A DNA stretch of 62,791 bases, the filler included. It is 8 parts of 8 records of this genome, joined end to end, with 100 filler letters (N's around TTAATTAATTAA, not from the genome) between each part and the next. Parts side by side here need not be neighbours in the genome. Positions count along the whole stretch, not along the records: positions 28,066 to 33,105 come from SRR31147125_19151; positions 33,206 to 42,135 come from SRR31147125_19153; positions 42,236 to 47,532 come from SRR31147125_19156; 5 more parts are not named here. The stretch is one strand, 5' to 3'. The notes under the pieces are model-generated. The model saw only the letters and a list, made by a program, of their open reading frames with translations. It made no database searches and was not told the origin of the DNA. Position numbers and translations under genes: made by a program. Positions 32,284 to 43,021 of the stretch are shown here, one piece after another (position 1 is the first letter of the stretch; every line of letters begins with the position of its first letter).

Positions 32284-33105
32284 CTATTCTTCTTCCTGCT
32301 CGGCAGCGTAAGCTTTAAGCAGTTCATCTTGTACCTCTTGTGGTACTTTTTCGTATGCATCATAGGTCATGCTGAAAATTCCACGCCCCTGAGTCAATGA
32401 ACTTAACGATGTAATGTATTTGTTCATTTCTTTTAATGGAACTTTTGCATTAATTTTTTCATAACCTTTTTCGCTACCCATTCCCATAATTAATGCACGG
32501 CGTCCTTGAAGATCACTCATCACATCACCCATGCGATCACTTTGCACAAGAACCTCAAGATCGTAAACTGGTTCGAGTATTTTTGGTCCTGCATTTTTAA
32601 AGGCAGTTGAGAAGGCATTACGTCCGGCAAGTTTGAATGAAATTTCATTTGAATCAACCGGGTGCATTTTTCCATCATAAATATAAACACGGATATCACG
32701 GGCATATGATCCAGTAAGAGGTCCTTCGTTCATTTTTTCCATAATTCCTTTTAGAATTGCAGGAAGGAAACGGGCATCAATTGAACCACCAACGATGCAG
32801 TTGTGGAAAACCAACTTGCCACCCCAATCTAAAGTGTGCTCTTCAGTATTTCTAACTGAAAGTTTTTGCTCTTTACCATTCATGTTGAACATTTTCTTTT
32901 CAGGAACACCTTCAACATAAGGTTCAATAATCATGTGCACCTCACCGAATTGTCCAGAACCTCCAGATTGTTTTTTGTGACGATAATCTGCCTGAGCAAA
33001 TTTGGTGATTGTTTCGCGATATGGAATTTTTGGATCGTGGAATTCAATGTCAATTTTATACACATTTGTATAATACCACTTCAGTGTATTGATGTGATAT
33101 TCTCC
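32284..33105 (-). CDS. fusA: Elongation factor G paralogue (EF-G2 type), C-terminal domains
   Basis: PYRETI, HKKQSGGSGQFGEV, DGKMHPVDSNEISFKLAG and ILEPVY motifs, with an insert in domain IV. Confidence 0.92.
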   Translation of the reverse strand, partial: GEYHINTLKWYYTNVYKIDIEFHDPKIPYRETITKFAQADYRHKKQSGGSGQFGEVHMIIEPYVEGVPEKKMFNMNGKEQKLSVRNTEEHTLDWGGKLVFHNCIVGGSIDARFLPAILKGIMEKMNEGPLTGSYARDIRVYIYDGKMHPVDSNEISFKLAGRNAFSTAFKNAGPKILEPVYDLEVLVQSDRMGDVMSDLQGRRALIMGMGSEKGYEKINAKVPLKEMNKYITSLSSLTQGRGIFSMTYDAYEKVPQEVQDELLKAYAAEQEEE

Positions 33106-33205
33106 NNNNNNNNNNNNNNNNNNNNNNNNNNNNNNNNNNNNNNNNNNNNTTAATTAATTAANNNNNNNNNNNNNNNNNNNNNNNNNNNNNNNNNNNNNNN
33201 NNNNN
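33106..33205. other. Artificial contig spacer
   Basis: N-run with TTAATTAATTAA. Confidence 0.99.
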
Positions 33206-33323
33206 GGAACTCTTTCTTTCCGGCCTGAAAGGGGCTGTGGAGGAAGTGATTCAGTTTTCAGGATTCCAGACCATCATCAATATTGTTGATACCCCGGATC
33301 AGGCCTTGGATCACCTTGCTTAG
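33206..33323 (+). CDS. STAS-domain protein C-terminus (not in the ORF track)
   Basis: Manual translation ELFLSGLKGAVEEVIQFSGFQTIINIVDTPDQALDHLA* matches the end of anti-anti-sigma STAS proteins. Confidence 0.75.
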
Positions 33324-33357
33324 ATTCCGCCACAACACCGGTAGCCCGGCCAAAACC

Positions 33358-35652
33358 ATGAGATTGATGTTGAGAAAAACAGGACCGGTGGTCCTGCTCC
33401 TGTTCTTTTTTCTGCTTGGCCCTGGTCCTGGGGTTTTTGCGGCCCACACCCGGGAAAAACCCCATGTTCTGGTCCTCAATTCCTATAATAAGGGGTATGC
33501 CTGGACCGACAATCTGGTCCGGGGGATTGAGGATGTCTTCCGCTCCCGGCCCGGCATCGTCACCAAGGTGGAGTACATGGACGCCAAGGTCAATAATTCT
33601 ATTCCCTATTCTCTGTTGCTTAAAAGCCTCTATGATGCCAAGTACAGGGATAATCCGCCTGATGTGATCATTTCCAGTGACGATGATGCCCTAAGGTTTT
33701 TAAGGGCCTACGGGGAAAGACTTTTTCCCGGGGTGCCCCTGGTTTTTTGCGGGGTGAATAATTTTACCCCTGCCAAGGCCAAAGGACTTTCCCTGTATAC
33801 CGGCATTAATGAGGCTGCTGATTTTAAGGCCAATCTCTCCCTGATTTTAAAACTTCATCCCGGGACCAAAACCGTTTATGTGGTCAATGACCGGATGACA
33901 ACGGCCGGGTTTTTAAGATCTGAATTTATCCTGGCCGCCCTGGGGTTTACGGGCCGGGTGGACTTTGTCTATATGGATAACCTTTCCATGGCCGAGTTGA
34001 GGGAGAGGCTGGCCCGCCTGCCGGACAAGAGTGTTGTTTTTTACCTTTCCTTTTTTAAGGACAGTACCGGTCAAACCTTTACCCCTAAGGAGGCGGTGCC
34101 CATGATTACGACGGCCTCGTCCGCGCCTGTTTACGGGGCCGTGGATTATATGCTCGGCCTGGGGATCGTGGGAGGGATGCTCAAAAGCAGCTATTACCAG
34201 GGAGAGGCCGCAGCCCGGCTGGCCCTTCGGGTCCTTGACGGCGAACCGGTCCAAAGCCTGCCGGTTGTCATGAAAAGCCCCAACCAGTATATGTTTGATT
34301 ATACCGTTCTTAAGGCCAGGTCCGTTGACACCGGGCTTCTGCCCAGGGGCAGTATTTTAATCAACGAGCCTGAAACCCTTTATTATAAGTATAAAAAGCT
34401 GATTTGGACCACCGCATTTATCATGGCGGCCCTGGTGGCCTATATTGTGGTGCTCTTATTTAATATCAGAAAACGGATCCGCGCCCAGAAGGGGCTACAG
34501 ACCATTATCCATTCCACATCATCCATCCTGAACTACCAGTCCCCGGATGCCTTCAGAAAAGATCTGGCCGGTCATTTGAACCGGTTGATTCCCCTGCGGA
34601 CCCTGCCGTTTTTGTTTAAGCGGCGTCCGTCAGATTCCCCTGAAGGGGAAGGAAGCTTTCCTCTGCCTGTGGACGATGCGGACCGGGCGGCCATGGACGG
34701 GATGGGGGAGAATGAGTCCCGGATGCTGCTGGCCGCCCTGAAAGAGGAAAAGAGCCGTGTGAATCACAGAACCGGGGTGGCCTATTTTAATTCCGCATAT
34801 CTGCCCGGGAACCTTGCCGTTCTCAGCGGTTCCCGGAACCTGGATGACCTGGACCGGGACCTGCTTGAAATATTTGCCGGTAACGTTACCATGGCCGTGG
34901 ACAATCTTGAAAAACTCAGGATTGAAAAATCCCTTGAAACCGCCACCCAGATTCAGATGAGCATGCTTCCTGGGGATTTCGACACGTTCTCCAGGGAACA
35001 CCATATCGATCTGAACGCCTTTTTGAATCCGGCCAAAGAAGTGGGGGGCGACCTTTATGATTTTTTTGCCGTGGACGAAAACCATCTCTGCTTCGTGGTG
35101 GGGGATGTTTCCGATAAGGGGGTGCCTGCAGCCCTGTTCATGGCCATGGCCACCACCTTGATCCGGTCGGCTGCCGAAGGAAACCCCAGGCCCAACCAGA
35201 TCATTGCCAAGGCCAATGACGCCCTGTCCAGAAATAATGAGCAGTCCATGTTTGTCACCGTCTTTCTGGCCATCTTTAATACCGCTACCCGGGAACTTGC
35301 CTTTACCAGTGCCGGGCACAATCCCCCCTACCTTGTCCGGCCCGACGGAGAGGTCCGCCAGATCAAGGTGCAGCCGGGCCTGGTCATGGGCGGATTTGAA
35401 GGGGTGCCCTACGGGGTAGAGCAGATCCGGCTTGAAAAAGGAGACGGCCTTTATATTTACACTGACGGTGTGACCGAAGCCATGGACACTAAAGAAAGAT
35501 TTTACCAGGAAAAACGGCTTGAGGCGGTGCTGGCCCGGAATGGAAAGGCCCCGGCCAGGCAGGTGACCCAGCAGGTGGTCAAAGATGTTCAGGCCTTTGT
35601 CAACGGCGCGCCCCAATCCGACGATATCACCATGATGTTTGTCAGGGTATAA
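33358..35652 (+). CDS. Membrane sensor phosphatase: periplasmic ABC-binding-like domain, TM, GAF-like region, PP2C (SpoIIE)
   Basis: Signal peptide, VLVLNSYNKGYAWTD, TM helix, EVGGDLYD, GDVSDKG, YTDGVTEA and SDDIT motifs. Confidence 0.9.
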   Translation: MRLMLRKTGPVVLLLFFFLLGPGPGVFAAHTREKPHVLVLNSYNKGYAWTDNLVRGIEDVFRSRPGIVTKVEYMDAKVNNSIPYSLLLKSLYDAKYRDNPPDVIISSDDDALRFLRAYGERLFPGVPLVFCGVNNFTPAKAKGLSLYTGINEAADFKANLSLILKLHPGTKTVYVVNDRMTTAGFLRSEFILAALGFTGRVDFVYMDNLSMAELRERLARLPDKSVVFYLSFFKDSTGQTFTPKEAVPMITTASSAPVYGAVDYMLGLGIVGGMLKSSYYQGEAAARLALRVLDGEPVQSLPVVMKSPNQYMFDYTVLKARSVDTGLLPRGSILINEPETLYYKYKKLIWTTAFIMAALVAYIVVLLFNIRKRIRAQKGLQTIIHSTSSILNYQSPDAFRKDLAGHLNRLIPLRTLPFLFKRRPSDSPEGEGSFPLPVDDADRAAMDGMGENESRMLLAALKEEKSRVNHRTGVAYFNSAYLPGNLAVLSGSRNLDDLDRDLLEIFAGNVTMAVDNLEKLRIEKSLETATQIQMSMLPGDFDTFSREHHIDLNAFLNPAKEVGGDLYDFFAVDENHLCFVVGDVSDKGVPAALFMAMATTLIRSAAEGNPRPNQIIAKANDALSRNNEQSMFVTVFLAIFNTATRELAFTSAGHNPPYLVRPDGEVRQIKVQPGLVMGGFEGVPYGVEQIRLEKGDGLYIYTDGVTEAMDTKERFYQEKRLEAVLARNGKAPARQVTQQVVKDVQAFVNGAPQSDDITMMFVRV

Positions 35653-35665
35653 AATAAGGAAAACC

Positions 35666-36441
35666 ATGGAACCAGAAGATGATACCATGGGGTCCGGCAG
35701 GACCCTGGAACTCCCCCTGCGGCAGGGCAAACCCAGGCAGTTCGGCCTGACCGCGGTTACGGACCTGGGCATTCCCATTGGGGAACTGGACCGGATCCTT
35801 TCAGCCTACCATTCCTTTGTGGATATCGCCAAACTGGGGATCGGTTCGGCATATATTGAGCCCTGCCTGGAAGAAAAAATAAAATTGTACCGGGATTACG
35901 CCATTCCGGTCTATTTTGGAGGCACCCTTTTTGAAAAATTCTATATTCAGGGAAAACTCAGGGATTACCTGGGGTTTCTCAGAAGCCGGGGCATCGACTG
36001 GATTGAATTGTCCTCGGGCATCATTGACCTGCCCATGGAAAAGACCCTGGACCTGATCCGGGAACTGAAATCCGAATTCACCGTTGTGGTGGAGGTGGGG
36101 AAAAAAAACATGATTTTTCCCTTTCCATTGAAGCCTGGAAATCCAATACCAAATCGGCCCTGGAGGCCGGGGCCGTCTACGTGATCCTGGAGGGACGGAA
36201 TACGGCGGACACAGGAATTTTTCACGCTGACGGCACCCTGAACCGGTTCCTTCTGGACGAGGTGCTCAAAACCTGTGACAGCCGCCGCCTGATTTTTGAA
36301 ACCCCAACCCCCAGGAGCCAGAGCATGATCATTTCCATTGTGGGGGCCAATGCCAACCTGGGCAATATTTTTGTCCGGGACCTGGTTCTGGTGGAATCCC
36401 AGCGCCTGGGACTGAGGGAGGAAACCTTTGATATTGTGTAA
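35666..36441 (+). CDS. comA: Phosphosulfolactate synthase (ComA family), frameshifted at the A8 run 36101-36108
   Basis: GLTAVTDLG, DIAKLGIGS, FGGTLFE, IELSSG, EVGKK, VILEGR, LIFETP, NLGNI and RLGLREETF motifs. Confidence 0.88.
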
Positions 36442-36451
36442 AAAAAGGTAA

Positions 36452-36994
36452 GTGCCCATGGAACTTTTTATCATACGGCATCTGCCCACGGCATATAATG
36501 TCCGGGGGGTCCTCCAGGGAAGGCGGGATATTCCCATCCTCCCCCCGGATACGGCACAAATGGCAGTTATCCGTGCCAATAGGGAAACACTGGGGGATAT
36601 GGGAACCTTTGACCATGTGCTCACCTCCACCCTGAAGCGGACCCGGATGACCGCTGCCCATTATGTGGCGGACCACAGGGCCGATTCCCTTCTGGATGAA
36701 CTGGATTTCGGCCCCTATGAGGGCCGGCCAAAGGCTGATCTTCTAAGGGAGCAGCCCCTGTGGCGCAAACGGCCTGACCAATTAATCCTTGGAGAGCCAT
36801 TGTCAGCCCTTGGGGAAAGGGTGGGCCGGTTCCTTGAGATATACGAAACCAGAGGAAAAATCCTGGTCTTTGGCCATGGGGCATGGGCACGGGCCCTTTT
36901 GTCCCTGGTCGACTCCGGCAGCATCCGGGGGATGAACCAGATCCGCATCCCCAACAATGCCTTGGTCCGGGTCCGGCCGTCAAAGGAGAATTAG
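36452..36994 (+). CDS. Histidine phosphatase superfamily protein
   Basis: IIRHLPT, STLKRTRMTA, LDELDFGPYEG and VFGHG motifs. Confidence 0.88.
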   Translation: MPMELFIIRHLPTAYNVRGVLQGRRDIPILPPDTAQMAVIRANRETLGDMGTFDHVLTSTLKRTRMTAAHYVADHRADSLLDELDFGPYEGRPKADLLREQPLWRKRPDQLILGEPLSALGERVGRFLEIYETRGKILVFGHGAWARALLSLVDSGSIRGMNQIRIPNNALVRVRPSKEN

Positions 36995-38412
36995 GTGGAA
37001 GCCAAGGCAATTAAAAGGGCGCCGGCCGATAAGCCTCTGATCTGGCTTTTGCTGATCATTGCACCATTATTTCTTTATTTCTATTTGACCCATCTGGGCC
37101 TTGACCGGCAGATTGCGCTTTTTTCGGCCATTACGGCCGTCACCCTGATCGCCTGGGTCTTTTCCCTGATGGCGGATTTTGTTCCTGCTGTCCTGGCCCT
37201 GCTTTTGCTCATGGTTTTCGGGCTGGTGCCCAGGCAGGTCGCCCTTTCCGGGTTTTCCTCGGACGGGTTCCTCATCGCCTTCAGTGTCATGGGCCTGGGC
37301 GCGGTCATCACCGCTTCGGGTCTTGCCAACCGGTATACCCTTTGGGTGCTGGCAAGGATTCCGGCCCATTCATTTGCTTTTCAGGCTGTGGGGTTTTTCA
37401 CGGGGCTGGTCATGAATCCGGTGGTACCCACCATCACGGCCCGGGCCGCCATCACAGGGCCTGTGCTCAATCACATGGCCCAAAAAATGGACCGGGCCGA
37501 CCTGAAAAAGCAGGGGACCCTCCTTTATCTTTCCGGACTGGACGGGATTAATTACCTTTCCCCAGTCTTTTTGACCGCAGCCCCTGCCAACCTCATGGTT
37601 TTCGGGCTTTTTCCGGCCCAGGAACAGGCTGCCTTTCAATTTGCCTCCTGGGCTGCTGCCGCATCTGTGGCCGGCCTGATCATGCTGGTCTCCTATTTTC
37701 TGGTTTCCCTGTTTTTTTTCAGGGGATATGCCCGGGTAAAGATGGACAAGGACGAGATCATCAGCCAATACCGACATCTGGGGCCCATGACCTGGGAAGA
37801 GTCCACTGCCCTTTTGGGAATCGCCCTTCTGGCCATAGGGATTATCACAGGGGGGATGCACAGGATTCCCATTCCCCTGGTGGCCTTTGGGGTGATCAGC
37901 CTGCTTTTGGGGGTGAATGTCCTTTCCCGTAAATCCTTTATCCGGGAGATCGACTGGGCATTTTTATTTCTCATGGCAGGTATCATCGGGATCATGGCCA
38001 GTATGAAGCACATGGGACTGGATGAGATGATTGTGGCCCGGTTCCAGGGGTTCCAGGCTTTTATGCGCCTGGATTTTTACCGGTTTGTCCTGGTCCTCAC
38101 CGGTGCCACCCTCCTGGTCCGGCTCTTCATGCCCCTGAATGCCGCCATCGTTATCCTTGCGGCCGCCTTGGTGCCCATGGCTGCCGGCGCCGGGATCAGC
38201 CCCTGGGTGGTGGGATTCATCATCCTCATCATGGCGGAAACCGCTTTTTCGGATACCAGTCTCCCTATATTCTTTTTTTCCGGAATCTGACTGCCGGCCA
38301 TATCCCGTATTCCGAGGCCCGGGTCAGGATATTCCACGGTCTTCTGGTCCTCTGTAAACTTTTGGCCGTATACGGGTCCATTCCCCTGTGGAAGACCCTG
38401 GGACTCTTATGA
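36995..38412 (+). CDS. SLC13/DASS-family anion transporter, frameshifted near 38245
   Basis: ALSGFS, SGLANR, VPTITAR, VFLTAAPAN and IDWAFL motifs; the corrected tail ends SIPLWKTLGLL*. Confidence 0.85.
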
Positions 38413-38426
38413 AAAGGGGGCAAAAG

Positions 38427-39480
38427 ATGACTAAAAAGAATATCAGCCGTATCCTCTGCCTGGTATTTTTCATGCTGATCCTGGCGGCTGCGGTGGGCTT
38501 TAATATGTCAAAATCCGTTGTGATGGTGCTCCACAGCTATCACCCGGATTATGCCTGGACCCGGGATGTGGACGAGGGGCTTAAACGGGTGATGGGTCAG
38601 TGGACCCATTGTTCGGTGGTCCGGCATTATATGGACGGAAAAAACTTTCCGACCCTGAATGGCTTAAGCGGGCGGGCATCATCGCCCGTAAGGCGGTAAA
38701 GCGGAACCGGCCCAGGGTGCTCATCGCCGTGGATGACCTGGCCCAGTCCCTGGTCGGCAAATACTTTCTCAACCATCCGGACATGGATATCGTCTTTGCC
38801 GGGGTGAACGGGTCTGTATCGCCCTACGGGTATGACCGGGCCGACAATGTCACCGGGATTTTCGAAAGAAAACAGCTTAAGGCGGTCAAAGAGGCGATCC
38901 AGGCCATTGAAGGGAAAAAAGAGCGGCCCAATCCCAATCCGAAGCTGGCCTATCTTTTGGACGGTTCCCGCTCCCTTGCCCGGGGACGAACCCATATCGA
39001 CGATTTTACCTGGGATCCCCTGGTATATACCGGTTCTTTCGTGGCCACCTCCCTTAAGGGATGGAAAGAGGCCATCCTTAAACTCGGGGAAAAAGCAGAC
39101 TATATTCTGGTGGCCAACTATAGGAAGCTCATTGATCCGGGGGCGGGTATGCCGCCCCCGGAGCCGTGATGGCCTGGACCGACGCCCATTCAAAGGTTCC
39201 GGTCATCGGGATCAATGCATTTAATGTGGAGGACGGGGCCATGATTTCCATCGGGGTTTCCCCCTTTGAGCAGGGGGAAACAGCCGCATCCATGGCGGCC
39301 CGGATTCTGGAAACCGGAATGAGGGCCGGGGCCATTCCCATGGTCAAGAGCAAGCAGTATATCGTGGCGATCAGGGAATCCTCCCTTGACCGCCGGAGCA
39401 TGAAGCTGCCCGCTGTTTACGAGGCCTTTGGCAGGGCCACTGAAAATTTCATTGAAAAAGGCGAGGGCAGCCGCCCCTGA
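38427..39480 (+). CDS. Stand-alone periplasmic ABC-substrate-binding-like protein, with indels near 38640 and 39160
   Basis: Signal anchor, VMVLHSYHPDYAWTR, LIAVDDLAQ, VFAGVNG, NVTGIFE and SPFEQGETAA; same family as the sensor domain at 33358. Confidence 0.8.
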
Positions 39481-39487
39481 GATTTGA

Positions 39488-40801
39488 CTATCTGTTTGCC
39501 TTTCTCCAATTTTTGAGCCCTTTGCCGAAGGGGTCAAAAAGAAGCTCGTAATTGGGTATCTCTTCTTCTGAAAAAAAGCTTACCTTGGAAGAACAGAGGA
39601 TCAGTACGGTTCTCAGATTGTTTCTTTCATAACAGGGTTTGGCAAAATATGAACGGACGCCATGGGGGATGAAAAGCGCCCAGTCTATGGGCTTTATACT
39701 TTTAAAGGTATCATCCACAATGAGATAATCGAGTTTGTATTTTTCGATATTTTCAGCAATGGTCCCTTCAAAATTATAGGTGGCCCCCATTTTAAGGCTT
39801 TTAAAGGCGTCTCCGTATGCAAAAACTTTGATTTTACCCCGTTTGATATAGATATCCGAGTACATAATGGAATCAAAACCCTCATCCTGGAATTGATTTT
39901 TCAGAAGGCAATCAAGGATGTCGGGCATGGTTGACAGCTTGGCCACTTTAGCCGTTAATTTTGAAACAAAACGCTGACGTTTGTCTTCAACCGGAGATTT
40001 CTTATCATCAGCATATGCTTTTTTCTTTGATTCTTCCGCGTATACTTTATGAATTGAGAGTCTTAAAACGGTTTTTCCTTTAAAATTCAGGCTTCGGACG
40101 ATACATTCAGCATAGAAGGCAGAACGCTTTTTTCCATGGAGGAGGAGTTTTCCTTCCCATGTACCGTCAAAAAGTGATTTTTCATATATCTTGGATATAT
40201 GGAAAGAAATTTCCTGATGGTATAGGTCCTGAAAGGTGAGCTTATTGAATTCATTAAAACTGTAACCGAGGAGTTCTGCGGCCTCGCTGTTATGGGAAAG
40301 CACTTTTTTGTTTTCAAAATCAATGAGTATAATAGGGTAATCAAATTGCTCGACCATGGCCAGGCGCTTTTTGTCCACCTCACAGGTCTGGGTGATAAAG
40401 GGCACGGTTTCGCTGATATCCTGAATATATCCGACATAATGGGAGGGGTAGTCCGCGCTGGGGGCACCAACAATCTTTATCCATTCATAGGACTCTTTCC
40501 CATCTATTTTTATGCGGAAGACAATGGAAGCCGGGCGCCCTTCAGCCATGGCGCTTTTAAAAGACCTGAACCGAATAATGTCATCGGTGCAAATGATACT
40601 TTCAGCAAAGTTCATACTTTTAAGCAGCAATTCTGTATTGTCGCCTAAACCTTCAATCTTGAAATCATTTAAAAATTCAATTTTATTGCGTATAAGATCC
40701 ACTTTCCAAAAAAGTGTTTGGACAGAATCAATGAAGCTTAAAATGTCTTCAATTTTAAAATCAGTCTTATGCAGAAAGGTGTCGTTTTGATTCTCTTTCA
40801 T
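39488..40801 (-). CDS. PAS-PAS-GAF-like sensory protein with no recognisable output domain
   Basis: PAS motifs (WIKIVG...GYIQDIS; HNSEAAELLGYS) and C-terminal GAF-like GVRSYFAKP. Confidence 0.75.
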   Translation of the reverse strand: MKENQNDTFLHKTDFKIEDILSFIDSVQTLFWKVDLIRNKIEFLNDFKIEGLGDNTELLLKSMNFAESIICTDDIIRFRSFKSAMAEGRPASIVFRIKIDGKESYEWIKIVGAPSADYPSHYVGYIQDISETVPFITQTCEVDKKRLAMVEQFDYPIILIDFENKKVLSHNSEAAELLGYSFNEFNKLTFQDLYHQEISFHISKIYEKSLFDGTWEGKLLLHGKKRSAFYAECIVRSLNFKGKTVLRLSIHKVYAEESKKKAYADDKKSPVEDKRQRFVSKLTAKVAKLSTMPDILDCLLKNQFQDEGFDSIMYSDIYIKRGKIKVFAYGDAFKSLKMGATYNFEGTIAENIEKYKLDYLIVDDTFKSIKPIDWALFIPHGVRSYFAKPCYERNNLRTVLILCSSKVSFFSEEEIPNYELLFDPFGKGLKNWRKANR

Positions 40802-41279
40802 AATTATTTACCTGCAAGATCTCCTTTTTGGCTCAAACCGGTATGATCAGGTTTGGGTTTATATATACGGATCGTTAAAAGGGGGATGGGGCTTTGAAAT
40901 CGGGGAATAAGGATATAATCTCGATAAATCCGTTTGCTATGCAATGGTTGAGTCGTCACAAAATAGTTAGGTGTAATAAGAATCCGTATTGGGAATTTAC
41001 TATATCCATTCTAATGCGGTCCCTGAACAGAACAAACTACGTGTGGGACCTTTTGTCAAGCATAATATGCCCGGGTTTTGTGAACCCTTTAAAATTTTGT
41101 CAGTGCCTGAACAGCCTTTATTTCCCGGCCAAAACGATACCATAACGCCTTTCATTTTTTTGACCTCGTCACAAGGGGCCGATATTTATATCTGTCCGGT
41201 TTCCGGACAATTTTATCTCTATCAAATTTGACTCACAAAAACCATAATACCATGAAAAAGAATCTGGTGGGTTATTGTA

Positions 41280-41295
41280 AATTGGTCTATCCAAT
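41280..41295. promoter_or_regulatory. Possible FadR/LldR-type operator
   Basis: AATTGGTCTATCCAAT upstream of the GntR gene, close to the TGGTNNNACCA consensus. Confidence 0.5.
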
Positions 41296-41368
41296 ATTGG
41301 GTGTTTTTGTTAATATTGGGTGCGGATTTTATATTGACGTTTTGTCTGAAAATTATTAATGGGTTGGT

Positions 41369-42135
41369 ATGGCCAAAACAAGGGGCGCTATGGAAAAAAC
41401 AAAAAAAGAAAATGTGATGGGCCGCATGATTGCAATTGTCCAGGAAAACCAGATGAAATCCGGAGACAGATTGCCTTCGGAAAGGGAAATGGCAGAGACG
41501 TTTAAAACCAGCCGTGCAACTGTGCGGGAAGTGCTCAGATCCATTGAAGAGAAGGGGCTGCTTAAGGTCGTGAGGGGAAGCGGCGCTTATTTAAATTGTG
41601 ATTTTACCGAATTTAAAAATGTGCTCCAGGCCTCCTGTCAAAAGACGGTTTCCCAGACAATCAGAGAGTATTTTGAAGTCCACGCTGTTTTTGTGGCAAA
41701 TATGGCCAGGGTTGCTGCCTTGGAAGCGGATGAGAAAAAACTTGAGGATATGCGTAAGACAACAGTCAAGATGAGTGTGGCGCTTATTGACAGGAATTAT
41801 GAAAAATTTGTTTTTCAAGAGAACCGTTTTTTTATGATTCTTGCGGAGATGAGTAAAAATTTTCTTTTTCTGAAACTCATGGGGCTTGTAATTAAACAGC
41901 ATAGATTTGTCTGGGACGAGGTTGTAAAGGAAAAACTATTCCCGAATGAAACGTTTTTTGCCGGCTATGTGAATATTTATAATGCATTGAGGGCGGGAAA
42001 TCCCTCAATAGCCTGTCTCAAGGTTCAAGAAAGCATATTTGACGTACTTGATCTTCTGGTTGACAAAGTTGATCCTTCTTTTAAAGGCACCAAAGATTAT
42101 CTAAAGAGCGTATTGGAGGTCGAAATTGAACACTA
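41369..42135 (+). CDS. GntR/FadR-family regulator
   Basis: GDRLPSEREMAETFKTSRATVREVL...GSGAY; ends at the contig edge. Confidence 0.9.
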
Positions 42136-42235
42136 NNNNNNNNNNNNNNNNNNNNNNNNNNNNNNNNNNNNNNNNNNNNTTAATTAATTAANNNNNNNNN
42201 NNNNNNNNNNNNNNNNNNNNNNNNNNNNNNNNNNN
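42136..42235. other. Artificial contig spacer
   Basis: N-run with TTAATTAATTAA. Confidence 0.99.
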
Positions 42236-42957
42236 GTTAAATAAGAGTTAAGGTGATTAGCCATACTCCATATACTCTTTGCAAGCGTGTCTATTTCTGT
42301 TTTTGTGTGAAATTTAAAATCAGAATAATCAGGGTCCAATCCAATATTTTGAGTTAGTTTTGATAGCCTTTGCATTGGCTTAGAAAGGTTTCTTGCCATC
42401 ATAAAAGACATCATAAAAGCAACAATAGTTCCTATTATCATACTTAATATACTACTTGATAAAAGGTTTTTTCTCATGTAGCTTATGTTATCAAATGGTA
42501 TAGCAATCCTAACATAATGGTCTTTTTGATATATAGCTACATATATCATATTGATGTTAATAGTGTTTGAAAACCTTGTGTAACTTATAACGTCATCGCT
42601 TTTTTCATCATAAAGCTTTTTAGCACTAATAATCTCTGGTCTATTAAGGTGATTATCCATAGTCTGTGCGTCAGAAATTGAATCTCCAAGAACGATACCA
42701 TCCTCGTCAATCAATGTTATTCTGTAAAACTGGCTAATACGCGTTTTACTTTCTAAACCAAAGTTCTTAGCAAACGATTCATACTCTGATTTTTCCATAT
42801 TATTAGTAAGTTTTGCAACTACTCTTGCCATAGAAACAGCATCTTGTTCTGTTTCTTGGTACATAAAATCCTGCATTACTGCAAAAACAATAATCACTGT
42901 TATTAAAACAGCGATTATAGCAGTGATAAATCCATATACTAGAGTTTTTCTTAACAT
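42236..42957 (-). CDS. phoR: PhoR-like sensor kinase, N-terminal part
   Basis: TM, RITLIDEDGIVLGDS...MDNHLNRPEI, TM and HAMP; follows phoP. Confidence 0.85.
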
Positions 42958-43021
42958 ACAAAACCTTTCAATATCAATAAAAACACTATAGTTGTCATAT
43001 TGGCCAAAAGATTATATAGAC

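Noticed and set aside
34630-35778. 382-aa minus-strand ORF and other overlapping ORFs in the GC-rich contigs
   Set aside because: Antisense shadows of well-supported genes, expected at higher GC.
36095-36110. Programmed frameshift or phase variation at the comA A8 run (likewise the ald G-run)
   Set aside because: Indistinguishable from the many homopolymer errors throughout the window.
35666-36441. Coenzyme M biosynthesis or methanogen origin
   Set aside because: The context is bacterial and no comB/C/D/E or xcb genes are present; ComA alone does not imply CoM.
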